A DNA stretch of 64,000 bases from Flectonema sp. DT1601. Its lineage: Eukaryota. The stretch lies in assembly GCA_964019425.1 (NCBI GenBank), contig OZ025783.1, positions 248,001 through 312,000 on the forward strand. Reading direction: 5' to 3'. Within the stretch, counting starts at the first letter, position 1; each line of letters opens with the position of its first letter. Of the stretch, positions 23,119-34,661 are shown piece after piece. The notes below the pieces were generated by a model, which saw only the letters and a list, made by a program, of their open reading frames with translations, searched no databases and was not told where the DNA came from. Made by a program: the position numbers and the translations under genes.

Positions 23119-25461
23119 TTACAATTTGTCTTTCTTGTTATCAAAGAAGTTTTGTATCATGTTCTTACACTCACCAAAGTCTTTGGAATCTCTGGTACTT
23201 CTCAAAACCCATGAAGGGAGTAGTTGTTTTATACGATCATGAGAGTATCGGTGATCAAGAAGAAGAATTGAAGCAAAGTCATTTTGGTGTCGAATTGCTC
23301 TTCCGATTGATTGATTTACTGCCTTCATACACATCACGTCAAACATTGACGTTGCAGCAGCAGCTCCTGCATGACATCGAAGAACGTTTTGTTTCTCCGC
23401 AAGTATTGGATCTGATTTATTTGGGTATGGCATTCCTACAATGATAACGCATCTTCCATAGCCATCTGAAAAGTTAATTCCTTCGCTTAACTTTCCTCCA
23501 ATAACACACGATAATAATGCTCCCTTGTTTAAACAGTCATTTTGGTATTCTGTTAGAACTGCGCCGACGTCGTTTGCCTGTTTTGGTTCTCTGTAGACTT
23601 TCTTCTTCATGCGGATTTCTTCATATGCTGGTTTCTTTGTGATGTAGTCCCAAAAGAACTGCTCATATGCATACGAAGAAAAGAACACTACAAGTCCCTG
23701 AGGTACGACACTGCATAGATCAACAAGAACACGTGAGAGTGACATCAGCAATGAAGGATTCGCACGATTTTCAAAACGAAAATCAAAGCATTCTCCATAA
23801 CCTGCAGCAACAGTAATAGGAATGATGTTGTCAGGAGGGATAACATGACCACATTGATATATTATTATTTTATCTTCTTTTAATTGTGGAATCAATTGAT
23901 GTTTAATATCACTCACTGGAGACATGGTTCCTCCTGCTAACACAACACTCCTTGCCTTGTCAAGTATAACACGAAATTCATCAGCTGCAAAAACAGATAT
24001 AATAGCAAGTGTCGGATGACCATTTGTTGTACTATAAATTAACCGACAATGCTCTCTATTTGCAGCAACAATCATAAAGAGAAATTTTTCAACGTTGTAC
24101 ATTGACGCAACGGTTGCAAGTGGAGGTCCACCTGACACTGAAGCTTCATTTCTCTTTTCTAAAAATCCTTGAAGCTTTCTAAACAAATGAACCTCTCTTA
24201 AGAATCGAATTATCTCCGGAACATCAACCCCCTCGATATCAGATGTGAACACTAATTGAGTCATGTTTAAAAGTTCACTTTCTTGATTGTCGTTCTTGTT
24301 AGTTTGGCTTTTTGCCACAACCCAATCAACTAATTTCTTTAGTATTGCTGATAATTTTCTCACACGAGTTTTATTCTTAACGTGTAATCTATTCTTGTAA
24401 GTATTCAAATAAAGTGAGACTGCTTGTTGGGTCTGTTGCAGCATCGGAAGTGTTGCTGTGACACTGTGAGTTTGATTGACTGATTCTGTGATGTTGTGTC
24501 CTTCGTCAACTACAATAACATTACCCTCAAGGTGTAATCCGTATGCTAATCTTGAAGCTTGAGATAGTAGTGTGCTGTAAGGCAACGCAATTACATTTGC
24601 TCTGTCGACTGTTCTTTTAGTCGCGAAGTATGGGCATCCTTTATCATGCTTTCCATGTTTTAATATGTCTTCAATCTCCATTGGAGTTACCTTCATTCTA
24701 TCCATCAATTTCTTTAAACCAGATCCCTTTCCAGTATAAGGACATTGACTGTTTTGAGCATCTGCTCCAACAGTGTTACATAAATCGTTTAAACGTTCTG
24801 GATTTCCTCTACTTCGATTGATTACGTCTTTATTTATACAAAGATGAGAACGACTGGCTAATTGAAGTGCTCTGATTGAGGGATCTTTCCACCAGATCGT
24901 CTTTTTTAACTCGCTTATAAATTGAGATATTTGAGTGTGTGTTCTGGAAGCGAATATTATTTTTGGAGTGTTTTCAGGTTCGGCTGATTCAGATGAAGTG
25001 TCGCTGTCACACTCGTACTCATTAAAAGAATTTTGTGTTTCATCAACCGGATCTTGTAGTAGATCTTCGTCATCAGTTGAAATTGTTATGTGAGGTCTTT
25101 TTAAACGTTTTTCTATTTTGGTTCTTTTAATCGCTGACATTCTAATTTCTGATTCTCTATTTTGACGTTTTTGTTGTCGATTTGCTTCAACGACCCAGTC
25201 TGGAATGTTTGGGTCGTGCTCTTCTGACGAGTCGTCGTCTTGAACATCTTCTCTTTTTTTAAAATCTCTCAACCACGTTAATGAACCATTTATAATACTT
25301 TGAGTTTTGCCAGTTCCAGTAGGAGATTCCATGATTCCAAATTTCTCACCATCACAACACTCCCATAGGGATTGCATTAAACCATTTTGAATGTCATAAG
25401 GTTGAAACGGGAAAGGGAAATCTTTTTCTTTATAATTAACATCTAATCTCGTTGATTCCAT
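23119..25461 (-). CDS. DDX11: Fe-S cluster DNA helicase DDX11/Chl1
   Basis: FPFPFQPYDIQ, ESPTGTGKTQS, IFASRTHTQISQF, LASRSHLCIN, GCPYFA, VDEGHN, VVLAGGTMSP, CGHVIP, GGKLSEGINFSD, CMKAVNQSIGRAIRH. Likely start MESTRL at 25461. Confidence 0.93.
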   Translation of the reverse strand: MESTRLDVNYKEKDFPFPFQPYDIQNGLMQSLWECCDGEKFGIMESPTGTGKTQSIINGSLTWLRDFKKREDVQDDDSSEEHDPNIPDWVVEANRQQKRQNRESEIRMSAIKRTKIEKRLKRPHITISTDDEDLLQDPVDETQNSFNEYECDSDTSSESAEPENTPKIIFASRTHTQISQFISELKKTIWWKDPSIRALQLASRSHLCINKDVINRSRGNPERLNDLCNTVGADAQNSQCPYTGKGSGLKKLMDRMKVTPMEIEDILKHGKHDKGCPYFATKRTVDRANVIALPYSTLLSQASRLAYGLHLEGNVIVVDEGHNITESVNQTHSVTATLPMLQQTQQAVSLYLNTYKNRLHVKNKTRVRKLSAILKKLVDWVVAKSQTNKNDNQESELLNMTQLVFTSDIEGVDVPEIIRFLREVHLFRKLQGFLEKRNEASVSGGPPLATVASMYNVEKFLFMIVAANREHCRLIYSTTNGHPTLAIISVFAADEFRVILDKARSVVLAGGTMSPVSDIKHQLIPQLKEDKIIIYQCGHVIPPDNIIPITVAAGYGECFDFRFENRANPSLLMSLSRVLVDLCSVVPQGLVVFFSSYAYEQFFWDYITKKPAYEEIRMKKKVYREPKQANDVGAVLTEYQNDCLNKGALLSCVIGGKLSEGINFSDGYGRCVIIVGMPYPNKSDPILAEKQNVLRCHAGAAAATSMFDVMCMKAVNQSIGRAIRHQNDFASILLLDHRYSHDRIKQLLPSWVLRSTRDSKDFGECKNMIQNFFDNKKDKL

Positions 25462-27109
25462 CCCCTCCCTCTCCCTGTAGAAAAACATAAACATTAAATA
25501 TTGATATTGAGCTTTCTGTGAAGGGTTTTTTTTTTTTTTTTTCCATTCATGCATATTATTGTACAACTGTTTTTTAGAAAAAGTTTATAATAAAAACTAA
25601 TAAAGTATTCCGGTAGTTAAAACAGAGGGTCAACGAGATGACACAACAAACAAAAAAGAGAATGAAAAAAAAAAAATATCTAAGTCGGAGTACACAGGTA
25701 GCATAAAAGCAAAATTAAAAAAACAAACAAAAAAAAAAAAACTTTTAAAAAATAAAATTAACGGAAAAGCACGTCACGAACACAGCTTGCTGGAAAGTAG
25801 CGCAACAGCTGTGGCACATCATCGTCAGCTTGCAGACGGGAAAAAATAAATAATTAGTAAAATCGAGGAAGAAACAAACAAACCTAAATTGCGCTGTTGC
25901 TGTTGTTGTTTTTTTTAACCTCTGAAATTGAACAACCAAAAACTGTCCGATAAAACCCTAAAAAATAATAATGAGATTATCTTCACTTTTCACTTAACAA
26001 AAAGAGAGGGAGAAAAAAGGTTTTTCTAATAAAAAAAAAAAGGGGGAAAAAGAATACACCGCGCTTGCCGGCATGCCAGCAAGCGTCGGCCAAGTAGGCG
26101 CGAAACAGTAATCGTTACTTATGATAAAAGCATGGCTGTTGCACGCACTGTGAAGGAGGCCATAATATTGAGGAAGGGAAGTTGTTGACACTAAACTAAA
26201 AAAAAAAAGCTAATTTAAAATGAAAAAAAAATAAAAACAGTAGAGAAGACAATGAGATTTCTTTTTTTATTCTTTTTTCGTTTATTCCATTTAACAAGTA
26301 TTGTAAGAACAAAAAAGAATGTTGAGCAGCAGCACACGTAAACCTCCTTTAGCTTTATCAGTTTAAGTCGGTTCACCGGTCTCGAGACACAAACAAAACA
26401 TCAACAAATGTTATGTATAGTTTAAGATAAAGTCAATTCTTTTTTCTCTCTGTGTGATATTTGTTTTCTGTTCCTTTTTTTTTCCGATTTCTTTTTTTTT
26501 TTTTAATAGTAGTTTTTTCCATTCATGGTGTTTTTCGTTATTCTTGCTACATGAACAAACAAGGAACAAAAATAAAAATAAAAAAAAAACACATTTTAAA
26601 AAAAAAAAAAAAAGGAGGAGGGAAATATCTTAAAGGCGTAGTGAGGTGTTTTGATTTTATTTTATTAATTTTTTCATGGTCATAGCGCCTCTACAAATCA
26701 GCCCATACACATAGGCTCTTTAAAAAAAAAAAAAAAAAAAACGGATAATTTAAAGTGATACTTCGGTAGGCTCATTGCTCTACTTTTCCCACCCATACTT
26801 TAAATTCTTGTTAAACTTAACAACAGGCCACTTTTTTTTAATGGGCGCTACAACCATGTGTTTATTATTGTTGTTGTTTTTTCTTTTTGTTAAAGTAAAC
26901 GGGTCATGCATTATCACATTCTATAAAACAAAGAAAAAGGTTTTAACAAAAGAAAGAAAACGCTTCGGATTTTTTTTTTTCTTTTTCAAAAAAAAAAAAA
27001 AAAAAAAAAACTGAAATCACGAAATTCAAACATGCGAAGCATGCTGATAATTGTTTAAAAAAAGAGAGTAAACGAATAAGCTATACAATACAAACCCTAA
27101 TTACTGAAA

Positions 27110-27640
27110 TCAGAGTCTGCGATTGCAGTCAAGGGTTTTTGGAGACTGAGGAGGTACGATAGAACTTCCATCACACGGAGTACCCTCTCTGATGCAATCA
27201 GCGTAGTGTTCATACTGATCTCTGGCTACATAAAGAGAAAAGTCTAACGAAGTTAAGAATATTCCCTCAAGTCGTTTGAGAGTATCTTCAGAAACACCAG
27301 CAACTTGGCTGTAGAATTCCGTTGACAAGTACTCGTCGTCTCTGAATTTCGCAGCAAGCAATAAACTTGTGATTAGCAGTCTGTGAACGCTGTGTTTTGT
27401 CACCATCATTTGTGAGTCTGCTAGAACCATTCTATCCATGTAGATTAGTGATATGATATGACAAGGCTCTGATACATTACAATACTTTGATATCCTCTCA
27501 TGGTAATCTCTAAGAGTGATATCAGGAACCTCCACACAATGCATACTCGTCTTTCCATTTTCACCGCTTCCATTTGTCTTAACCACATGCTCTAACACTC
27601 TAAGACAGAGCTCTGACATAGGAATGCTCTCAGTTGTCAT
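27110..27640 (-). CDS. Pho80/CYC2 (cyclin U/P)-type cyclin
   Basis: VPDITLRDYHERISKY, SLIYMDR, SVHRLLITSLLLAAKFRDD, YSQVAGVS, LEGIFL..LDFSL. Confidence 0.92.
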   Translation of the reverse strand: MTTESIPMSELCLRVLEHVVKTNGSGENGKTSMHCVEVPDITLRDYHERISKYCNVSEPCHIISLIYMDRMVLADSQMMVTKHSVHRLLITSLLLAAKFRDDEYLSTEFYSQVAGVSEDTLKRLEGIFLTSLDFSLYVARDQYEHYADCIREGTPCDGSSIVPPQSPKTLDCNRRL

Positions 27641-28151
27641 ATTGTTTATTATTATTTTTTATTTTTATTTTGTTAAAAAGCTTTCATACTGTTGTAAAAA
27701 TGAATATAAAAACAACAGTAATGTTTAATAAATCAGAACCAACAGTTACCGGGGAAAGGTTTACTTTTAAGAGTGAAACAAAAAAATGATTGGAAAGGTG
27801 TAAAAAGGTTTTTCTTCTTTTCAGTAAAAATTATTATTGTAGAAAAAATACCAGAGAACACCAGACAATTCAAAAAAACACCTCCGGCAGTTGGGGTTAA
27901 AGATAAAAAAAGCAGGGGAAAAAATTTAAAAAAAAAAAAATTAATTAAAGCTTCTTCAGGTTGACGTCAAGCCATATCGAGCGAATTGCTAGGTAACTCG
28001 AAAACTGTAAATCAAAAAAAAAAAAAAAAAAAAAAATTAAGAAAGCCTTATTTCTGAGCAGTAATTAACTTTACATATTTCTATTCCTTTTCTCGGAATC
28101 ACATTTCAATGAATTGTGAAGAAAGTTTAACTGCTCAGCTATGCAATCTAA

Positions 28152-28853
28152 TTATTTCTTCTTTTGTTCTTCCATTCTCTTTGACTGACCTTCAAATGCA
28201 GCTTTCGACAGATCAGCCCGCTGCTCATCAGTAGCGTTCTTGTACATGTTAGCTAGCAGTTCTTCAGTTGAGGCACCTCCATCAGCTAGTCGAGAGTGTT
28301 GGGCTTTTTTCTTTTTTTCGCTGGTGTCGATTCCACTCCATTCGATCCCAGTTTCTGATTTCTGAAGTCTGATCACAAATTTATCATCTTTTCGTATCAA
28401 CGATGACTTGTCTGGATTAATATCTTCACAGAGATCAGTTACTTTCATTTGATAATTGATCAGCTTTCCTTTACCGTCTGGAACTCCAATAGCAAAGAAG
28501 TGAAAACCATCTCTGGTAAACGTACAGTCACAATCAGGTGATAGGTGTAAGTCTTTCAAATCACAATAAATCTTTATGTAAGCTTTTCCCTGATCATACG
28601 AATACTTATTCAGGTTGGAAAACACTTGATCTGAGAAATCTCTGACATTACCAGCATCTCTATCGACTCTGCATGTTTCATCTAATAATACGCCAGCCTG
28701 GTTGCTGGAAACTGCTTTCTTTTCCTTTTCTAATTTGTTTAATTTCACTTCCTCAGTTTGTATCAAAGTTTGAAGAGCACTTCTTACGTTCGTACGGGTA
28801 GCAGTCTCATGCAGCTTTTTTAATTCAGCGATGTCAGCAGTTAATACTTCCAT
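28152..28853 (-). CDS. CACYBP: Calcyclin-binding protein / Siah-interacting protein (N-terminal helical, CS, SGS-like domains)
   Basis: DIAELKKL...ATRTNVRSAL, YSYDQG..YIKIY, L...INPDKS...I.LQK, LLANMYKNATDE.R..L.KA. Confidence 0.8.
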   Translation of the reverse strand: MEVLTADIAELKKLHETATRTNVRSALQTLIQTEEVKLNKLEKEKKAVSSNQAGVLLDETCRVDRDAGNVRDFSDQVFSNLNKYSYDQGKAYIKIYCDLKDLHLSPDCDCTFTRDGFHFFAIGVPDGKGKLINYQMKVTDLCEDINPDKSSLIRKDDKFVIRLQKSETGIEWSGIDTSEKKKKAQHSRLADGGASTEELLANMYKNATDEQRADLSKAAFEGQSKRMEEQKKK

Positions 28854-29155
28854 TGTTGTGGTTTTGTTAATTACTTTCGTGTCCTGTGAAATGTGTGTTA
28901 GATTTTCTTATGAACAGGATATTAAATAGCAAGTCGGATACATTTTCTAACAAAAGACCTGTACTCGAGTAGCGTAAGACTTTATTTGTACTAAACCCTC
29001 ATCAAAAACATAACTCAAGCAGTGTACTAGTAGATAGGCTGGGATAGAGTTGCAGCTGTGAGCGGTCCATAAACCGATCTCAATAAGAAAATCAAATCGT
29101 ACAGAGAGTAGCCTGTTGGGTAACTACACATTTGGGGGTGTTTGGGGAAGACCGT

Positions 29156-32100
29156 CTACGGATCCATAATTGTTTCTTCTGAGTCTTCGTCTGATACAAC
29201 AGGACACACAGCACTGTCAGGATTTATTGTAGCCCTTGGAGCAGAAAAGGTCGATAACAAATACTCACTAGTAGACAACACACAGTTAGAGTCAATACAA
29301 GCATCAATCCACGTGTAGTGAACCAGAGGTGGTGAATTCGGTCCCAAATAGGATTGTAAAGATGACAACGGATTTGGTGAATGAGCATTAATAAGAAGAA
29401 CAGTCGGTTGTAATATTCCAGAGATACAAACATCTGAAGCAGTACTCTCAGTTAGAGGAGGTAATATAGTCGCACCTGATCGACTTGCTTGAAGTAAAGT
29501 TAACATCATGGCGTCAGTATAGATTGGGAGACTGTTTTCTTCAGATTGTTTATGTTCACCGATGACTTGTAATACAACTGATGAAAATATTTCGCGTGGT
29601 TGATGGTGGTTCTCCATTCCGAGATCAATTTTTATTTTTCTAATTGAGACGCAGTCATCTGAATCCCATGATCTTTTATTTTTTATTCTTCCTTCGACAT
29701 CTTCCGCTCCGGCTTCTTCAAGCACTAATCGCAGAGACTCATCAGTCGCATCGATCCCGAAAGGATCACCGTATTTGTCCATTGTGCGTGCGAATGACTC
29801 TTTCATGCTAGCACTGCAGTACACCATATACCTTGGGGCACATGGGATGGGTCTACCTGCTTTAATGCTTTCTATTATCCAATTGTAATGAAGGATGTAT
29901 TTATTTAAATATTTATCATCTGAATAACTATTTTCACATGCGACTTTCCAATGTTTTACTTTAGCACTGTTTTCTGTTGCTGCTATTTGATGAGATGTCT
30001 TCGTAGGATTGGCGACTACAGTGCCTCCGTGATTTGTGATCAGAGCCTCCAATACTTCCTTTCTCCAGATAGTATCACTTTGCATGATGCATAGCTTTAA
30101 AGGTGTTCCTTTAACTTTGAATGTGGTTGAAGTGCCATCAAGCTCGTTTGGTATTATTTTTGTTGTCGTCGCTGCGAAGTTTTGTGGAATATTGTGATGC
30201 TGTTCTTTCTTTTTAGTTGCTCGTTTTGCTTTTGTTAGTGTGTAATCTTCTGAAAGATCTGCAGCAAGCTTTCTATTCTCATTGCTGGTTTCAATTAATT
30301 TAGTTAAAGATTCGAGTGTCATTGCGTCGCTAACCTCTTTATCTGAACGGATATGGTGAACACGAGGGAATCGAACTGTTTTTCCAACTTTAAACTTTAC
30401 GGTATCAGTAAAACTGTATCCGAATATCTCCAACACAACTGAGTGATCAGGATTAATATAAACATCTGGGACATCATCAGCTGCAGCTTTCCAATCACCT
30501 AAGTGAGCAGGTGTGTTGTTTTTATCGTAAGTTATCCAATGAGGATCAAGTTTTCCTAGTAAAACAGCAAGTTCAACTTGTGTATATCCCGTTCCTACTT
30601 TAGTGAATGTGTACCATACTCCATCAGGTCCTCGAACTCCTAATAAGAAATGTGAAATATGGTTTTTACCAAACTTAGTTCCATAATAACCTCCAAGTAC
30701 AACTAAGTCCATTGTGTCAGCTAATCCTTGGATGTGATCTCTTTTTAATTTTAACCATTTGAGACGACGTTCTCCAGGTTTATAAGTGCTTCCGGCATTC
30801 TTCAATACGACACCTTCAAATCCATTATTGACTGACTCATCGAGGGCTTGGAATACTTCTTTAGTATTCTGAACTCGTTTTGATTTTACGAGTTCGAAAA
30901 CATTCTTTTTCTCCGTGAGAATGGAACGTAATTTTTGTCTTCTTTGATCAGAAGTCAACTCAGTTAGTACCTCACCATTTAAGAAGACAATGTCAAAAGC
31001 GAGATAGCAGAAATTTTCATCAACGTTGGTTTCGTTGTCCAGAGCGAAAGTTTTGTTTGTCCCAAATGGTTTATAACCGTTTAACTTCTTACTGTAAACT
31101 AACAGTTCCCCGTCAATAATACAGGTTTCACAATTAATACTTTCTAAAGTTTGTAACAAGAATTTCGGTCCGTACACATCAGAATAGTCTTTAGCATTCC
31201 TCGTCCAAAACATTAATTTCTTAGTATTTCTTTGAAAGTGAAGAAGATGTCTTTCTCCATCATATTTAGGTTCGACTGTCATTTTTTCAGTTGATAACAA
31301 CATGTCTAATTTATCCTTAGACACTAGTGATGCAAGCATAGGTGCAAAAGGACGGAATAGAGTTACTCCACGCTGATCAGTTGGTAGAAATAACGGATCA
31401 GAAGTTTTAACGCAAACCTCTCTTAAATCAGTCGTCGTATTGTAAAGTTCTACAGCACACGGATGAAATCTTCCCAAGATAGGTGAATGTTGAATGTGAA
31501 GCCTCATGTCTTTTAATAATATTCTTAGAACCCATTTTTGTTCAACAGCAGACATAGTTCTCAAGATGCTCATTAAAACAGTTTTCTTTTTATCAGGACT
31601 GTCAGCTTTGCTTAGATTATCAAGCATGGTATTTACATCAAGAACAGTCACAGGTTCATCTGAGATTGAAAATCCTCTTTTTACGAGAATCGCATAAACG
31701 ACATCACTGAAATGCGTTGCTTGGGCTGATGTTTTATTCGGATCTTTCCAACGAAGCATTCGTTGAGCGTCGAAGCTGTCAGCTGGTAGCTGCAATAAGT
31801 GGATGTAGTGATGAGCAATTTTTGATTCTTTCAATCCATACGTCTGTCTGTACGTATCTAAGTGAGGTAGTAGCAGTCTCATGAAAGGAAAGTGATCAAC
31901 TCTGGCTTCAGGTCCATAGAGTTTTTTCACCGAAACAGATAATGATTTCCAGAACATTTCTAATGTTGATAATCTCTCACCAGCTCCAGACTTTGTGAGA
32001 ACCTTTTCAAGGACAGCAGTGAAATTCTTAAACGGATATCTGTTATCTATTCCCTTCAAATCAGGAATTTGTTCTTGCTTCACAACTGTTTTTTTAAAAT

Positions 32101-32170
32101 CATAATTCACATCCAACTCATTCAATTCAGTTTTAAAATTAACTTCATTTTCATCCTTTTCTAAGGACAT
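29156..32170 (-). CDS. LIG4: ATP-dependent DNA ligase IV with two C-terminal BRCT domains
   Basis: RLLLPHLD..R.TYGLKE, EQKWVLRILLKD, adenylation motif EPKYDGER, EGVVLK...YKPGERR..WLKLK, KVGTG, VRFPR, and two BRCT-type ends (HGGTVV...ILHYNWIIESI; LVHYTWIDACI). Confidence 0.9.
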   Translation of the reverse strand: MSLEKDENEVNFKTELNELDVNYDFKKTVVKQEQIPDLKGIDNRYPFKNFTAVLEKVLTKSGAGERLSTLEMFWKSLSVSVKKLYGPEARVDHFPFMRLLLPHLDTYRQTYGLKESKIAHHYIHLLQLPADSFDAQRMLRWKDPNKTSAQATHFSDVVYAILVKRGFSISDEPVTVLDVNTMLDNLSKADSPDKKKTVLMSILRTMSAVEQKWVLRILLKDMRLHIQHSPILGRFHPCAVELYNTTTDLREVCVKTSDPLFLPTDQRGVTLFRPFAPMLASLVSKDKLDMLLSTEKMTVEPKYDGERHLLHFQRNTKKLMFWTRNAKDYSDVYGPKFLLQTLESINCETCIIDGELLVYSKKLNGYKPFGTNKTFALDNETNVDENFCYLAFDIVFLNGEVLTELTSDQRRQKLRSILTEKKNVFELVKSKRVQNTKEVFQALDESVNNGFEGVVLKNAGSTYKPGERRLKWLKLKRDHIQGLADTMDLVVLGGYYGTKFGKNHISHFLLGVRGPDGVWYTFTKVGTGYTQVELAVLLGKLDPHWITYDKNNTPAHLGDWKAAADDVPDVYINPDHSVVLEIFGYSFTDTVKFKVGKTVRFPRVHHIRSDKEVSDAMTLESLTKLIETSNENRKLAADLSEDYTLTKAKRATKKKEQHHNIPQNFAATTTKIIPNELDGTSTTFKVKGTPLKLCIMQSDTIWRKEVLEALITNHGGTVVANPTKTSHQIAATENSAKVKHWKVACENSYSDDKYLNKYILHYNWIIESIKAGRPIPCAPRYMVYCSASMKESFARTMDKYGDPFGIDATDESLRLVLEEAGAEDVEGRIKNKRSWDSDDCVSIRKIKIDLGMENHHQPREIFSSVVLQVIGEHKQSEENSLPIYTDAMMLTLLQASRSGATILPPLTESTASDVCISGILQPTVLLINAHSPNPLSSLQSYLGPNSPPLVHYTWIDACIDSNCVLSTSEYLLSTFSAPRATINPDSAVCPVVSDEDSEETIMDP

Positions 32171-32495
32171 TTGACGAAATTAATCTGTGAATCGAAATTC
32201 AATATAAAATGATGTGAACTTTTTAAACTCAGATACGGTATTCATGTATCCATCACATAGTTGTAAAGCCTGGTGTAAGCGCTAATAATTGCTGTTAGAC
32301 TATTGCGTAACTTTTTTTTTTTTTTTTTTTTTTTTTTAGTAATTGGTTCTCAAACAGCTGAAAAATTGTATTCCAGCTTCGTAAAAAAAGATACAATTAA
32401 CCCTGTAGGGTCAGAGGAGTCTATCACAAGTGAAGGATTGACTTCTGTGTTCGGATAGATGTGCTTTTATCGTTTTGATGATAATAGCTGGAATC

Positions 32496-34440
32496 TTATT
32501 TACCAACATAACAATAGCAGTGTTTTGATACTCCTGGAACTGGATCGCCACCGAACTCTCCATTTGAGCAGGTTACTTTCACAGGGCCGTCCTGTTTGTG
32601 TTATTAATTAAGTATTCAAGTTCTATGGATTCACTTGTAGTATTGAGTTGGTTATCATACCAAATACTTCCACGACTCACAGTTACTTCCTTCATCACAA
32701 ATATATCCTCCATAACGTGCCTTAGTCTTGCAAGTGCATTCTTCGTTTTCACTGGCACATGATGTCCAATCACTGGTACTGTTTGAGTTATAGTCTATTT
32801 AAAGTCGTCGATTAACACAATGGCCATGTACACCTGATGTTGTGTTGTTAACTATATAAATAATATAACCGACAGTTTTCGTAAAAAAAAAGAAATAAAA
32901 TAAAAGAAAATCCATACCCAGAGTTGTCATGTTTACAGTGAAACAACAGAGCGTGAAGTCGTCTCATAACGGGTGGTTTTAAATAATGAAATGAAACGAC
33001 TTGTTCAGACATTGCTTCGAGTCCTTCTTTCAGGTCGATTGAGTAACTTTTATACCAATCAGTAGGAGGGTAATTCTTAGCTCTGTAGGTGTAGTGCAGA
33101 TCTGGAGCAAATGGCATAAAACGCTCTTCATGTTTCGAATCTTTCGTATCGTAGGGGACGATGTTATTTAATTTAAGACAGAGAGCGACTTCGCGATCTT
33201 CTGAAAAGTGTCTCATATCTGGATGACATTGACTACTGTCGAGGTTATTAAATAAAACGCTTAAGGCTGCTCTGTTAAGGACGTATCCAGCACCACCTGA
33301 GTTAAATATAACTTTACTGAAATCAAGAAACCTACGTCCTAAAAACATCGGTTTTTCACCATTGTTAGATGCTTCCTTAATCTCATCAGATCCCAAGTAA
33401 GTTCGTAAATTGTCAACGACGACGTATAAATCATCACCTCCAATGACAAACCAGTCAAAGTGATCGATTTCATTTTCTTTATCCGCTTCCATAGCCCCAA
33501 CATATCCCCATATAGATCTAGACTTCTGCCACATGTTATTGTAGGCTTCATCACCAACATGGTGAACAGCTAGTTCTTGTTTTGAAGGATTCGTTTCAGT
33601 ACTCATAAATAATAAACCATCACATTCAGCACCATAGGTTTCTCTTATTGTTTCCATTGCATCTGTTCTTGATGACATCGTGTAGATGAGACATAGCAAA
33701 CGAGGTGATGTTTTGGTATGACGTTCTGGTATTTTTGCTTTGAAAATCAATTTCTCGAAAGCATCGTTGCGAAATTTGCAACTCGACTCTGAAGGATTTG
33801 GTCTCTTAGTCCAGTCAGGATACTTCTCATCTGATTGTTTCCTCCATGCTCGGGGATCAACGTGAGGTTCTGCTCTCATCTTTTCCACTTGTAGCATAAT
33901 GCCTGTCTTAGAATCTGGTTTCTGACCCGGTTTGAAAGGATTTTCTTTCACCTTTACTGTCTGCTTTTCTGATGCGGCTGTGGAGGAGTCTTCGACAGCA
34001 GAATAAGCAGGCATGCACTGCACGTATTTGTGAAGGTCAACAGTTCCTATGTCTGTTGCTAAGCATTGGCAACTCTTTCTCGTGCCAGTGGCTGGGTCTC
34101 CAAATGCTGCCGTTGAACATCTGTAGTTAGTTTTGTCACCGCAGGGTTTTCGTAAACTCCAATTTTCACCGTGTCCGAATCTTATGATTCCCGCACAGGT
34201 GCATATTTCACCTTCATCAGAGCATTTCTTATAAGACACATTTGGTGTTGGAACTGGTATTGACTTATCAATGTCTTCTGTTTCAATTTGATCAGATTTT
34301 GTGGGGCTGATTACTTTTTCTTTCTCATTAAAGACTTTACTGGCAGCTGTCCACCACACTAAACCAGTCAAAGCAACAGTTGCAACTAATACACCTTTTA
34401 AGACCAACCCTGTAGTCCCTCCCTTGGGAGTGCGCCGCAT
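32496..34440 (-). CDS. GT31 core-1 beta-1,3-galactosyltransferase-like type II membrane protein, 3 exons (34440-32918, 32778-32661, 32591-32496)
   Basis: N-terminal TM. Catalytic motifs RLLCLIYT, ETYG.ECDG, MWQKSRSIW, DWFVIGGDD.YV..DNLR, FLGRRF, SGGAGYVLN, EDREVALCL, SFHYLKP. Two GT-AG introns (32917-32779, 32660-32592) splice in frame to a second copy of the Cys-rich module. Confidence 0.85.
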
Positions 34441-34661
34441 CTTTATATGTGTGACGCTGATAAATGTTTTTACTATTTTATTTTCGATGGGTTTTCACTA
34501 ATCGAACACTAATCCGTATGTGATAAATTCTTCTTGATGTAATATTTTCTTTTTTTCTTTTTTCTTTTTTTTTTTGTAATGAATAACGTAATAACAAAAC
34601 GGGAGGCGCCAGATACAACTTATTATTATTTAAAAAAAAAATTTAAAAAATCTTTCTTGAA

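Noticed and set aside
22342..32170. Apparent functional cluster of DNA replication/repair genes (PSF3, DDX11, cyclin, LIG4)
   Set aside because: Interleaved with unrelated genes; polycistronic-type clusters are generally not functionally grouped, and there is no evidence beyond adjacency.
32779..32850. In-frame TAA before DYNSNS suggesting stop-codon readthrough or a non-canonical intron
   Set aside because: A canonical GT-AG intron ending at CTCAAACAG (32779) restores the frame; all other genes use standard stops.
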